The notes: generated from the letters alone by a model not told the origin. A stretch of 63,728 bases of DNA, filler included, from Octopus bimaculoides (GCF_001194135.2; 4 parts of 3 records of this genome joined end to end with filler, not necessarily neighbours in it); one strand, 5' to 3'; positions 47,620-61,878 are shown, numbered from the whole stretch's first letter. Numbers and translations: made by a program.

Positions 47620-49014
47620 ACCGCCCTGTCGTCCTCGGTACACTCCCTCCCTGATAACTTGGCTCTAATTACATTTTTCATTTTTGTAATCTTTCTCTCG
47701 ATCTCTACACTGTTTTTATAGTTTATCTTCGTTCGAATGTGTTTTCCTTTTGGTACCAATTCCCGTTTTCCGTCGGTGCTCTCCCCTGATGCTCCTGGTA
47801 TTGGTGTCAAATCCTCCTTTCTATCTCTCTTACTCTTTGTTCTTTTTATCTCTCTTCTCTCTTCCTTTACATTCTGCGCACTTCTCTGCTACTCCGTAAT
47901 TTTCCTTTTTGGTATTTCTGGTCTTTCGCATTGATCCTCCTCTATATTTTCTTTTCTCCTTTTTTGTGGACTTTTTGGGTAGGGAATTAAATCTTTCTTT
48001 TCTTCTTTCTTTTTCCAACTGAATACTCTTCCCCTACATTTTCTATCTTTTCGCTTACTTTCAATTTTACCTCCGCTTTTGTTCCTCTTCCTGCTGCTCT
48101 TGTTCTACTCCCTTTTCTTTTTGCTGGGGACACATTGCTTTCATGTGTCCCCGTACTCCGTAGTGGTAGCAGATAGGAGGTCTTCCCTCCACTACCACTC
48201 TTAGTTTTATATCCTCGGGTAACACAATCTCATCTATTTTGTGCAAATTAGATAAACTGATTTGGACCGTCACCTTGAGGCCGAATCCCCATCGATTTAC
48301 CTCTGTTGTCCTTGTGACTTACAACATTTTTGTTTTCTCCTCCGTGTTGAAGAGGATGGCTATCACCAGCCATGCCTCATCGATCTCTGGGGGCACTGCC
48401 AATTCTAACTCCGGCCGTGCGTTTGCCACAGTAGGCTGGCAGTAGTGCCTAATCTGACGACCTCAATGGCACAGTGGAATACTTTACTGCGTCCTGCTCC
48501 GTCGCAAACCGAACCTCGACTGTACCATACGTTTTTCCTCTAGTGTAGAATGCCGTGAGCTCCTTTATGCCCTTTAGACATTCCTCCACTTCTCCCACCT
48601 TCGCTATTTTCACCTTTTTACTTGATGTTCACAACGGTTTATAGACTACTGTCCTTTTTGTTACCCTCTCTTCCACATCTTCGAGCGGTGTCAGCTTCAG
48701 GCCGGTACCGTCTTTTACGATAAGTTCATTATACTTTTTAATTCCTTCCTCCTCGAATTTCACTTCTCTCACTTGCAATGTATCAGCAGACAAACATGTT
48801 TCGGTTGCTGCAGCATAGCTACCGACGGGTTTCCATATTTTCGCCTATTCCAACTTCCCCCATAAATGGGGAAGAGAACAACCAAAAATAACAATTCGCC
48901 AAAAAATTCAACAATCAACAATAGGTACAAAATACCTTCAACAATTTTTCCACAGTGCGACTCGCGTCTAACCAGAATCAAAAAGGATCAAAACAAACAG
49001 CAAAACGCTCGACT
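46875..49014 (-). mobile_element. ORF1-only (L1/Tx1-like gag with CCHC knuckle) element, copy 2; contains an N gap and (GA)n
   Basis: RVVVEGRPPICYHYGVRGHMKAMCP and YKNSVEIERKITKMKNVIRAKL. The 3' UTR (AAACATATAACGAAT) is homologous to 41850-42020. Confidence 0.75.
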
Positions 49015-49260
49015 CTGAACTCACATGCTTCGTTAGTATCTACACTTTACTCGGAGCAGTCTATTTCTCGCAAGAGGGCGTTGTAACTCTCATCACAACA
49101 ACAGTATAGGAATATCGTTCAGCTACATGTTTGATGTGTTGTTTAATGCTATATTTAGCTGACCGTTCTGACTGTCCATCAGTGGAAGTGAGATGATTAT
49201 CTTCAATGGATAGTTTTATAGTGCCAGACTGCTTCGAATTAGACATTTCCGTTAGATGTA
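49014..49260 (-). mobile_element. Third, partial copy of the same LTR (49014-49097) preceded by an integrase fragment
   Basis: TTTACTCGGAGCAGTCTATTTCTCGCAAGAGGGCGTTGTAACTCTCATCACA aligns to 44166-44217. Minus-strand HLTSTDGQSERS resembles integrase HP.SNGQAERF. Confidence 0.7.
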
Positions 49261-50169
49261 TCAATTTGCATGAAATGATGCGTTTTGCTTGTTTATTTAA
49301 ATGTTTTGGAAAAAAATTGGAAGTTTAGAGTACCACAAACTTTTTAGACTTTGCATTAAATCCGAAAGTTTTGTGGTCATATTGTATATATGCTTCATAT
49401 AAATCCTTGTTAAGACTGTTACTCCATTGTATAGTGTGATTGTATTCACTGCTATTTGTATTTGTTTTTTAAATTAGACAACCTTTTGTCAGAATTAAAT
49501 TTAAAATTATTCACAGCTTGTGTAATCTTTCCATTCAGATTTTCTCTAGTCTTTGAATTGTATTTAAACGTACATATTGAGCGGTGTTTCTTTTATTCGT
49601 GAATTGTTTTGAAACGTTACTTGGCTTATTTCTTTATGTGTGTAACGTTACAGTGCTGTGTTTATATAAATATTTTAATATGTATGTATTGTTTATATAG
49701 ATTTGCTGGAATATATGTAATGTTTAAATACTTATGTAGAAATATTCGTGTGTTATCTTATCGCACTCTGTAGTTCAACTTTTCCGATATTTGATATGTT
49801 GGCTTCATATAACCAGTAATTACACACATCCGACTATGCATGTATGTATGTATGTATATATGTATGTGTCTATGTATGCATGTATATGTATTCATGCATA
49901 TGTATCTTTGTATACATATAGACATGAACACAATTGGGTTTGTATGAAAGCACCTAAGCTTTTTTACTTTCTTTACGAGTTTCCTTACTAATCTAACCAT
50001 CAAGCAGGAAGTTCTGTTCTCGAGCAAGTAGTTCCATAATATTGAAATTCGGAAAAGAAAAGAAAAACACACATAAAAAAGAAGAAACTGATACTTATGT
50101 TGCGCCGACAGAGAATGTGAGCGAGAGTTTTAGTATTATGGAGTAAAACGCAACCAAAACTCTCTAAAT

Positions 50170-50185
50170 TATTATATAATAACTA

Positions 50186-50232
<47 letters not shown>

Positions 50233-50295
50233 TTGTTATTGTTATTCTTGTTATTGTTATTGTTATTATTATTATTATTGTTGTTGTTGTTATTA
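50170..50295. repeat. (ATT)n/(GTT)n microsatellite
   Basis: Directly visible. Confidence 0.95.
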
Positions 50296-53294
50296 CATAA
50301 TAAATGCATAAGTAGATAATGAAAAGTAAGGGAAAAAGCAATTGAGCAAGCATATAAAGTAACTTGAAGGAGGAATTGAAAAGAACGTTGAAGAGATTCC
50401 AAATCTTCATTGAAGCGATTGACATATGAAGCCAATAAAAATAGATGGTTTGTTACGAAGAAGCGGGTGCAAAGTGCCTGGGAATATTTAAAGCAAGTGT
50501 AGCTAGACTAAATGGGCTAAGCATGTCTAGCTTTAGTCAATGGACGGAAATAATTTCACTCGATAATCATATAAACTAGAAAGAAACAAAGAATTTAAAA
50601 AATGCAAAATCAATTTGATGAAACTGCTTCAGTGTTGAAATATATTTCCATATGGGTGTATTTCTATAATCACTACTTTCTGAAACAATAGGTCATACGA
50701 ACTGTTCTCTATAGAGATTCATATTTCGTATTAAATCATATTTTTAAAACGAATACATGTACAACGTTATTTTCCAGGCTTAAATGCGTCAGTGACCATG
50801 GATCTCCACACACTCTTGTCAAACATACAAGTGAGGCAGTTATTGGATCAGTGTAGCTATGGCTAGCTAGCACGAGTATCACGCATTTCTCTATAAGTCT
50901 TCCCTAACTTCTCTCATTTTTGTTTTCAGTTTCCCTAAGTGTTCTAGAATTTGTCAATTCATGTGATATACATTGAGATTCGATTGTTGCGTCTTTTTGC
51001 GTCAAGAATGTTTTTTGGTGGTTTATCATAATCCAATCCTTGTATGAACTTCAATGTTTTCCTCTCTTAGTACAATGTGTTTTCACTAATCCTCAAAGAA
51101 ACAACATATCTGCAGCAACGAAACGCTTTTTCACTTGTATCTTGATGTTCCAATTAACAGATCGTTATTTAAATGGGTCCTCTTTCCATACATAGGACTG
51201 AAATTCTGCAATATATGTTGTATCTCACTGAGAACAGCCTTATCCTCTGCAAACATGGATTTGTTAACTTTTCATTGTCACAACTCGTAAAAATTTAATG
51301 TTGTCGAATTGTTTCAAGGATGTTCCATTGATTCATACAAAACCCAGTTAACATTCATGAGTGCGTGTAATAAATATTGAAATAGATAAATTCAGTGGTA
51401 TGAACAGAATAACAAATACTGTTTATTTCATCATTGTTGTTTATGTGTAGTCATAGGCCAACTTGATGGAGCAGAATTATTATCAAATACAGCCTTGCAA
51501 TAATTTATTCAGATAAAACGTGTGTCTCTGATTCTTTGTTCTTATGCGATAAAAGGGAAAATTCTCTTAAGTTATTTTGAAACAGTAATATTTTTTGCGG
51601 TGTGAATTGAATGGAAAGTTTATGAGTTATTCTGCCAACCATATTGTTTATATTTTTAAAATTTGTCTTTCTTGTTGCTTTAACCGAGATCCAGATTATT
51701 CCTGATCAATAAGACTTTGAGTGGAATCTCGTTGTTTTCGATTTCTCTAGAGTTACACTATCAAACGATCTTCTTTTGCTATGTTAGTTTGGAGTGATAC
51801 GTGGGTGGTTTTTCTACTCTTTCTAAGAGTTCATTTACCACCGAGAGTCACTCCCTTGTATAAAAAGTTGTGTAGATATTGATGTTGAAATTCTAACAGG
51901 TTATATTCTGTAAAGCACAGTCGGCAAAACATCTACCTCTTATGTAGACTTTTAGAACTAACGGAACCTACGATTTTCCAATGAACGTTTACTCATTTTA
52001 GAGACGCATAAAACATGTTATCTTTGGTGATGAGGACTCTCTTGTCTTTAGGATTGGGGTTCAAGATCTTAAAATTGTGCGTTGAATTCCTGTACGGAGT
52101 TTTACGCTGAGCGCTTGAATATGACACCTCATTCCATCTTCCCAACTGAAATTGAGTAGCAAATGAGTGCTAGTACAACTTTCTTTCCCTCCAGCTAAAA
52201 CGTGGTTGTTGTTCCCTGGGTAGAGTATGGGTGAATGGTGGGGGATCTACACACGTCAAAGTTTAGAAATTACTATTAAATTCCCCCTTGCTTATTGCCC
52301 ACTGTATAACAAGTCATTATAAAAAGTATGTTTTACCCGTGGATAAATTCAAATAATGTCGATACACGTAACATTTATAATTTTATTACTATACTTTCTA
52401 CAACGGCATGGAGCTTAAACAAATCAATGAAATGAATATTAAGTTTTAAAATAACGACTAAATTACAGACGAAATAAATTTGGAATAATTCAATTGTTTG
52501 TTTGAATTACAAATATATGATAAGATGTAAAACATTTATTATTTATATACAACTAAGTTATAGTTTTAGTGTGACCAAACAGACAAGAATGTGTATTATT
52601 ACTTGATAAATACAATGGTTTGCTTTTTGAAATAATTAGAAACTTATTAAATATATTTCTGCATTCATTTTCCAAAATAAATAAATAAATAAAATCAAAA
52701 GAAAAGATACTCTGTTAGGAGTTGTTTAATTGGTAGTTTATTGACTTTTAGGTTGTCAGTGATGATTAATAACCTTTCAAAATTATATAACTAAAAGCGT
52801 TATCTTTAAAACATTTTATTTCATATTCCGCACACTCAACATTTACATCCTGCAACACACACACCACACACACACACACACATTTACATTTACTTGCACA
52901 TCTAATTTATTACATTTCCATAAAGGAAAAAAAAAAACTTGGTGAAATTCAATTATCACCATTATCATGTCTTTCTGGCAGTGTGAGTGTATTCTTTTTC
53001 ATCTGCAAATATTCCCAGGGAGGCATATTGTTGCTTTTACGTGAACGCCAGAGTGAGGAAATATAATACACACATTTTAATCTTTGGCTTTGAATCTTAT
53101 TTATCAACAGATGTCAAGAGGACTTTATAGAAAACTGCAAGCATTTCGGAGTATTTGACAAATCGGTGACAGACGTTTGAAGTCTGATGGATCATACAGT
53201 GAATTGAAATTAATGACCGCCAGCATAAATGGCGCATATAAAGATGTATATCCTAGTGCCATACATTATTCTGAAATAAAGAAAACGGGTAATG

Positions 53295-53522
53295 GTAGAG
53301 TCTATTCTGTTATTCTTTTAATTTGAATGGGGCCACGATGCAGCACCACCTTTTAGTCGAAGACATCGACTCCTGGACTTATTGTGTGTTACTCTGATAC
53401 ATATTCTATCAGTTTCTTCTGCCGAAGCGCTAGGTTACGGGGGCATAAAGATACCAATATCAGTTGTCAGGCGATGGGGTGGGGACAAACATGAACACAA
53501 AGATACGCATATAAATAAATAA

Positions 53523-53573
<51 letters not shown>

Positions 53574-53735
53574 TATGCACAACGGTCTCCTTTCGGTTTC
53601 CGTCTACAAAATCCGCTCACAAGGATTTGGTCGGTCTGACGCTATAGTAGACGACACTTGCTCAAGGTATCACGCAGTGGGACTGAACCTAGAAACATGT
53701 ATTTAGGAAGGAAGCTTCTTACCACACAGCTGCGA
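53295..53735 (-). mobile_element. Composite SINE (head 53580-53735, microsatellite, tail 53295-53505)
   Basis: Reverse complement of the head and tail modules seen at 36458-37095. Confidence 0.78.
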
Positions 53736-54901
53736 TGTTTCTTCAAAACAAAACAATAGTTACTAATACATACATACATGCACACATAGATACATATGGA
53801 CATACACGCACGCGCGCACGCACGCACGCATACACACACACACACACATGTTGACGTAGGGATATATATATATAATATTGATGATGTTACATACAAATAT
53901 ATAACGATAAAACATTCACGGAAGGATGTTTTTATATTTTTATTAATGCATTGCTAGTTATGTTTCGGCATGGCGCGTTTTTTAAGGGACTGTCTCACCG
54001 CATCCATAGGATAAGAAATATTATCTATAATATCCATGTGACTTAGGAGAGTCCATGAATTGGACATGCATTCTTCTTTAGGCAATTTTGCATTAATATA
54101 CTTAGGATTGCCTCCTTTAGACTTCAGGATGTTATTTTAAGGTTATTTCCACAGATATTCTCTAGAAATAACCTTAACAAAATAATGAAAAAAAGCAGTG
54201 CTAACGCAGTAGAACGTGGTCTTGACTTATAAAAACATTTGATACACTTTATATTGTATTTTTGTTGCGAAACGAAAACCACTTACCTACAAATCATTAA
54301 TATTCAGGATATTAATCATTCTACACCAATGAAAATGTTCTGCTGGATTAATGGGTGGTACTTGTGAATACCTGCAAACTACTAAATTGATGGATGTATC
54401 GATATAAGGCAAGAACTACGAAGAGGTTAGGTTTGTTATTTACATATCAACGCAGGTGGACACGGAGAGGAAGTAGGAAAGAAAAAGAAAAGAAAAGAAA
54501 GGAAATAAAATTGTGAGCTGTATTCAGACAAGTATGTGTATAAATGAAAACAGGAAGAATAAACAAAAACTCAGGAACACAGGAGACAGAGGAAAAAAAA
54601 AGACAGAGAGAGAGAGAGAAAAGATAAAGTGAATTAAGGATGAAACACGTTTAGCTGACAAGGGATTTAAACACCGCCCCACTTTCTCTGTTTCTCTAAT
54701 GAATGTGTAAATGCCATAAATGAAATGGCGAGTAAAAGTTTATAAATCTGGAACTCATATTCCGGGCAATAAATTGGCGCCATCTGAGTTGCTTTATTGA
54801 ATACGATTGGTATTAGTGGGTATTTCATATCGCCTTCCACTGCGCTATCAGGCATGTGCCACATACAAAATAAACAGAAGGATATATAAATAGAAGCATG
54901 C

Positions 54902-54938
<37 letters not shown>

Positions 54939-56324
54939 AGTGTGTGTGTGTGTGTGCGTGTGTGTTTGTATGTGTATGTACGTATATATGTGTATGTATG
55001 TATGTGTGTGTGTATGTATGTATGTATGTGATGTCACTTATAAATTATAAATTTATCACGTTGACACCCTTAGTATAGCAGGATATTAATGATGCAATCT
55101 AGAGGCAGATACAGAAACGGTAATGAGGTAGTATATAAATACTAGCAGTAAAGTAAAACAAATTTAACGAAACCCTAAAATGTCTTAATCTTAGTAAATA
55201 AGATGCGACTATTAACAGACAAAATAAAACGCAATGACTGCTGAATTGGCCTATGGGAAACGAAACATACATATGTAGCAATGAACATAATAACTGACGA
55301 TTGGGCAATTAAAACAATGACAGCTGTAGAATAAGTTGCAAGAAAAAAAGACCTAGCTATCCAAACTGAAAACCTTTCCAGTTAAAAAGCATACACACAA
55401 ACATTCAAACATGCACACACACACAACCACACACACATATACACACACATACACAGACATATACACACATACTCATACATACACATACACAAGCACACAC
55501 ACACATACAAACACACACACACACATACACACATAGGTCTCTGAGACATATCAGAGAAATATCTCTGTTTATTTATGTGTGTTTTTATTTATTCTCCGTT
55601 TACTTATGGGATTTACTCTTCGAACAGTTAGGACCGAATTCGATATTATATCGTATGAATTTAATCGCTCTATTATATTGGTCATTTTCAACGGTCTAGG
55701 TTTATAAATAATACAATACATTTCGACGCTGAATTTTTATTTTTATAAATAATTCATTTCACTCGATATTGTTGCAGAAAACAAACAGTGACCTATATTC
55801 ACTCTGTTGCATTTGACCTTTCACAAGAAATTCCTGAATCCAAACTTCTGATTTGAAATGTCACAGGTTCCTTTTTAATGATTGTTCAAAAATGTGTCGT
55901 CTTTCTACGGAGTTACATGTATACTTGATATTTTACTTTATGGAATCTTTGTTGACACGAACAAAATTTATTAATATCTTCCTAAAATTCAAAATCATTA
56001 TGTAGAGTGTGATTTAGTGTAAGTCAAACTAGTTATGATATGTGAATCTGGCCAACACACCTACCATTAGAATATAGTGATTGACTGCATTGGGTAACGA
56101 AAAATGTAGGGATACAAGGCATCTACCATTGAGAGGTTAGTGGATGTAATGTAAACAAACTTATTGAGTTAATGGAATGATCTCATAATATTTCATTTAC
56201 AGCCCAGAGATTTGGAGAAGAGTAGGCCCAAGTAAACGCTTGAGAGCTCTCGCTATTGATATGAAAAATAGAGAAATTATGCTGAGAGTGGAAAACTCTC
56301 ACAAATACTTATAAAATATTGGTT

Positions 56325-56520
56325 TCAAACTTTGGCACTAGGGCAGTAATTTCAGGTGAGGGATTGAATCGATGAAATAGGCCACGGTGTTAATCTGGTA
56401 CTTATTTTATCGACCCCGATATGATGAAAGGTAAAGTCGACCTTGGTGGCATATGAACCTAGAACATAAAGACAGATAAAATACCAGTAGGTATTTTGCC
56501 AGGCAAACCAACTATTTTCC
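56325..56520 (-). mobile_element. tRNA-derived SINE (Nin/Deu-like core family), degenerate
   Basis: GGTACTTATTTTATCGACCCCGATATGATGAAAGGTAAAGTCGACCTTGG. Confidence 0.75.
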
Positions 56521-57897
56521 AAACTTGATGCCTTATATACTTACGATGTATTAAATTATGTGAAAAATTTTGAATGTATCAATATGATGTTTATCATAGA
56601 ATAGATTATGTCTACCAGACAAAATCAAAAACGGTTGCTGCGACGGTTTTTCGGATTTTTCTCTCTAACAACAAACGTTAAGAAGTTTTTTTTACTACCA
56701 AGAAGCTATTGTAGAAGTTACTTGCATACGATATTCTACAATGGGAACTAAACAAAACAAAAAAAACTTTTGCGTTACAATGAACAAAACGAAGGCTTAC
56801 ACTACGTCCCTAACTGTGCACGCGTAGACTGATGATTGTTTCGTAGACAAGTAATATAAAGAAAGGTACTTGCATCGTAAAATTTCCATTGCGGATGAAT
56901 TTTTATCTAAATGTGATTAGTTACAAGTTGTGATTGTATAACCATCAACTCTTGTAATCAACTAATGTAATTTATAACGTCACCTCCTAGTGCTAAGTTG
57001 GATCTTTACCTCAGGGAAATCTATTGTCATAAACTCTTCGTATTTCTGTTATAAAGTGTTGTTGTGTGTATCATAAATTGTTGTGGCGTTTCCAAGAAGA
57101 GTATTTGTTCAAGTGTTGATATAGAAGATTATACATCAAGGTCTTAGTCCGGGTTAAGTTAATTGAAGAAATTACGAAACCAGTGGTCTGAACAATAATA
57201 TTCAATGTCTATACATGTTATCATTGTAATATCATAGTAACATACGTATTTAGTTTCATGGTACCCCTGCAGCTAGCAATAACCTTATTAATCATATGTG
57301 ACCTGTTTTATATTAAAGTGTGCATAAACTACAAGAGTTAATTGATGGAACAACATAGTCTATCATTAGTTAAGAAACACATTTTGTCAGAACAGGTGAT
57401 GTTAATCGTCATTATATGATTGAGAGATTAAGGAGAATGCTAGACAAAAGCAACAACAATGACAACGCAAACGTCAGCACCAACGACAGCGACAAAAAAA
57501 AAACAGCAGTAACAATAGCAGCAATTTTATTACATGATTCGACTGAATATTAGAATTATATTCCAAGTGTTGATATTGAAGTATTATCGCTGATTCTAAT
57601 GGTGTCAAATTAATCACAGGAATAAACCAAGAACGTTAATTAGATGTTGCGTGATACAAAAATAAGTAGACCATTAGACAAAAGCACTTTTATTTATTTG
57701 ATTACATTTTGTTTTAAATTTCAAATTTCGTCTTTGTTGGCTTAAGAATTTCATCATTGTCGACACAGATTAAGTGCACCAATCAATTAGTGGAGGTAAA
57801 TCCAAAATACCCCTTGTTAATATATGTTGTTAAATGACACATCTAGAAATCTATAGCCTTCAAATGTTCCCCTTAAATGGTTCTTTATATTCATTCT

Positions 57898-58290
57898 GGT
57901 GGAGGCGCAATGGCCTAGTGGTTAGGGCACCGGACTCGCGGTCATAGGATCGCGGTTTCGATTCCCAGACCGGGCGCTGTGGGTGTTTATTGAGCGAAAA
58001 CACCTAAAGCTCCACGAGGCTCCGGCAGGGGATTGTGGTGAACCCTGCTGTACTCTTTCACCATAACTTTCTCTCACTCTTACTTCCTGTTTCTGTTGTG
58101 CCTGTTATTCAAAGGGTCAGCCTTGTGACACTGTTTCACGCTGAATATTCCCGAGAACTACGTTAAGGGTACACGTGTCTGTGGAGTGCTCAGCCACTTG
58201 CACGTTAATTTCACGAACAGGCTGTTCCGTTGATCGGATCAACTGGAACCCTCAACGTCGTAAGCGACGGAGTGCCAACAACAAAAAAAA
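57898..58290 (+). mobile_element. tRNA-derived SINE, full length (same family as 3387-3768)
   Basis: Collinear with 3387-3768. TSD-like ATATTCATTCT / ATATTCACTCT; A-rich tail. Confidence 0.9.
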
Positions 58291-58932
58291 TATTCACTCT
58301 ACCTCTTAGAAATGATAACAAAATATCCCCTTAAATAACGCCAGAGAGTCTTAAAGAAAAGCAAAATGTTGAATAAGTTCCCGTGTTTCTTGTATACATA
58401 TAAAAGACACGACAACCGCATTTAGAAGGCCTACTAGATCAGAGCTAGTATGGAGCTACATAATAAACGGTGGCAGTAGCAATAAAAATAAAATTCCATG
58501 TATGTCTTGGTTTCTACAGATGACACGATTGCTTGTAATCGGAATAATCAACGGAAATCAGTGCCAGTGCTGTGTATAATTATTTTGTCTTCCATTAATT
58601 AGATTTAATGAGTATGACATATATATTTATTAGCCCAGTGGTAACTAGATACAAACTTTGCGGCGGTCAGCATATTTAATAAATCTGTATCGAAATTTTA
58701 AGATCATCTTGGAATGACCTGGTGCAATGAAATACATCACGTTATGAATTCCTCAAATACCTTAATGAACTTAATGGGGGAGAGCTTCGCCAGAATCCAT
58801 GCTTATCACAGTATATTCGAGATTTACTGAGAGAAAGGAAGTTAGCCCAAGGGAGAAAACTGGTTCGTAATAGTTGAAAAAAAGACTGCACCACAAAAAG
58901 AAAAAAAAAAGAAATTTAGAAGACCTAGGTGG

Positions 58933-59003
58933 CAGAGGGTTATTCAGGCAGGGGGTTATACGAGCAGAGGGTTATACGGGCAGAGGGTTATACGGGCAGA
59001 AGG
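58933..59003 (+). repeat. 16-bp minisatellite (GCAGAGGGTTATACGG)n
   Basis: About four imperfect copies are visible. Confidence 0.85.
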
Positions 59004-59099
59004 TGTAAAGCGGCCAGGAATGTTCTGAATATGAAATCAATTGTTGATGAAGAACTAATCAACAACCTATCACAGGGGACTCTCCTTGATGAACTGTCA

Positions 59100-60215
59100 A
59101 TTGCTCTATCAAATGTTGAGATTAAAAAAAAAAAGCCATCAGACAGCTCACAACTGGAAAGTCGTCTGAGGACGATGGTTTACAAGTCGAAATATACAAA
59201 GTTTGTAGCAGTCTCCTGCTGAACAAGTTATGTGAACTCTTCTCCTTAATCTGGGAATCAGAATTAGTCCCACACGAGTTTAAAGACGCTCTTATTGACC
59301 ATTTTTATAAGCACGAAGTCAACAAATGTGAATGTGGCTAACATAGAGGTATCTCCTTTTTGTGTGTTCCTGGGAAGATCGTTGGAAGGGTTATCGTAAA
59401 TAGATTAAATGATGCCCTTGCCAGCTTAGTGTTGCCTGAGTTTCAGTGTGGATTTCAGGCATAGTGGATATGATTTTTAGTCTAACGCACCTGCAGCAAA
59501 AGGCTCGTAATCAAAACCGAAACCTTTGTGTCACTTATTTAGATCTAACTAAAGGTTATGACACCGCGCCTAGGGATGCTCTTTGCGTTGTCCTTAGAAA
59601 GCTAAGTGTTCCAGAACACCGTTTCTTTCCATAAAGGGATGATGGCTCCCATCAGATCTAGCAGAGAAGAGTCCGATTCATTCACAATCTCAAATGGGAC
59701 AAAGCAAGACCGTGTACTTGCACCGCTCTTATTTGCTTTGTATTTCTCTATCATGGTGGAAATAGCATTCGAGATTGTTAAAGGAGTAAAGTGTGAGTAA
59801 AGAACTGGTAGTAGCCTGTTCAACTAAAAACGATTCAAGCCAAAAGATTAAGACTTTGTTGCAAACAGTTCGAGGTTTGCTCTTAGAAGACGAGGAGAAG
59901 AGGAGGGGAAAGAGGGGAGGTGGAAGAGAAGAGGTGGAGTACAGACTTTCCAGGACAGGCAATTGAACTTCTCAGATGCATCGAAACCTTTTGGTCTCAC
60001 CATCTGTATCAAGAAATCTGAACTTGTCCACCAGCCCATACGTGAGTATCTTCCCACTGTTGCTCTTGCTGTATATGTTGATGGGAAAGCATTAAAAACT
60101 GTTTCCCTCTTCACCTGTCTATCTGTGTCCAATGATGCTAAGATGGATAAAGACATTGTGTCCAGAATTGGGAAGTTTAGCTCCGCTTTCGGTACGCTTT
60201 ATCACAAGTTATAGA
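59100..60215 (+). mobile_element. Degenerate RTE (BovB-like) LINE RT region
   Basis: KAIRQL..GKS...DG...EIYK, NIEVSPF (YRGISLL), VLPEFQCGF, YLDLTKGYDT, GTKQDRVLAPLLF and IVSRIGKFSSAFGTL. Confidence 0.82.
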
Positions 60216-60229
60216 ACAACTTCATCATT

Positions 60230-60273
60230 GTACTCCTCCTCTTCTCTTCCTCCTCCCCTCTTTCCCCTCCTAC

Positions 60274-60304
<31 letters not shown>

Positions 60305-60595
60305 ACTACTACTACTCCCTCCTCATCATCACCACCATCAGCGTCGTCATCATCATCATCATCATCATCATCGTCATAATGAACAACATTATGAAATCAT
60401 TATCATCATCGGCGTTGTCGTGGTCGTCGACATCAAAACTATTACCATTATCATCAACCTCATTATCGTCGTCGTCGCTGTGATCCTCCCTACTACCACC
60501 ACACTCCTCCTCCTTCTCATCGTCATCATCATCATCAATGTCACCGGCGTCGCCGTCGTCATCACAATCAACATCATTATTATCATTATTAATGA
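60230..60595. repeat. Compound trinucleotide microsatellite (CTT/CAT/CGT)
   Basis: Directly visible. Confidence 0.9.
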
Positions 60596-61280
60596 CTGGT
60601 CTTAGGAGTTTTTGTCTTTTTGGTGCATGAATTCAACAGTTTCATCGTTTGGAAAATATTGTTTGTGCGTATGACCACCTTTCTTAAAACATTTGCACTG
60701 AGTCACAATTGCTACCTATATATATATATATATATATAGTAGGGCGTGTGTTTGCATTGAGTTGCCGTCGATGGTACATTTTCAGTCCTGTTGTCAGCCT
60801 CATAAATTGGCGAAATGATTACTGAATTCCTACATTTCTTTGCAAGAGTGACAAAGTTTATGTTATATATTGCAAAAGAAACATTGCAAGAAACCACCAA
60901 AAATGTTATTCGATGCTTCACTGAAGACTGTTGCAACTATCCAACATATTGTCAATGTGGGGATTAGATTTTCTCAACGTATCTTTCATTTTTTAAGACA
61001 GTACGTTCTCTACAAAGTGATTCGGTTACACATTCTTACAGATTATTTTGAAGCGTAGAAGGCCTCAAAAGAGGCACTTTTTATAAATGTGTATATGAGG
61101 CAGCAGCTGACACGTCTCCTGAGAATTGTCGTAACACTCAATGCACTCTCTAAGTCATATATTTATTGATAATGCTTGACACCGTTTGAAGAGTTTCTTC
61201 TCACAGTATGATTATTAATTAATCACAAGTTATTTGCTCACTACATTAAGAACAATGGCTATAAACTGTAATATTACATG

Positions 61281-61314
<34 letters not shown>

Positions 61315-61841
61315 CACGCACACACACGCTAACAAACACAAAAACACACACGCATGTATCTTCTCATCATTCGCTGAGTAATATATGTTTTGTAGAAGCC
61401 TGTGAATTTGATTTACAACCATAGTAATGAATTCTATAGTTGGATCATAGCACCCTCTAAACAGGACATGTTGTACATACAGCAAACTTACGTACATATC
61501 CCGCCCGCATTATACACACACAAGCACGTACGCGGGCGCACGTGCACACAGATGTATATAGATTATATACCAATTACGAGTAATGTATATATTTCATCCT
61601 TAAGTAAAACTTGATGCTATATATACACTTCATGATTACGTTAGTCTAGTTAGTGAAAGATTAATAAAATTTTCAGCAGTGCCTCTACATTCATGGGCCA
61701 ATGTATTGCAGTGCAACTGGGCATATGATGTTCAAAATAATAATGGCTTTGTAGAAAGGTTTGGTGATACAAAGCCAGGTACACACGCGCATGCACGCGC
61801 ACATAAATATATATATATATATGTGTACATATGTACGTATA

Positions 61842-61878
<37 letters not shown>

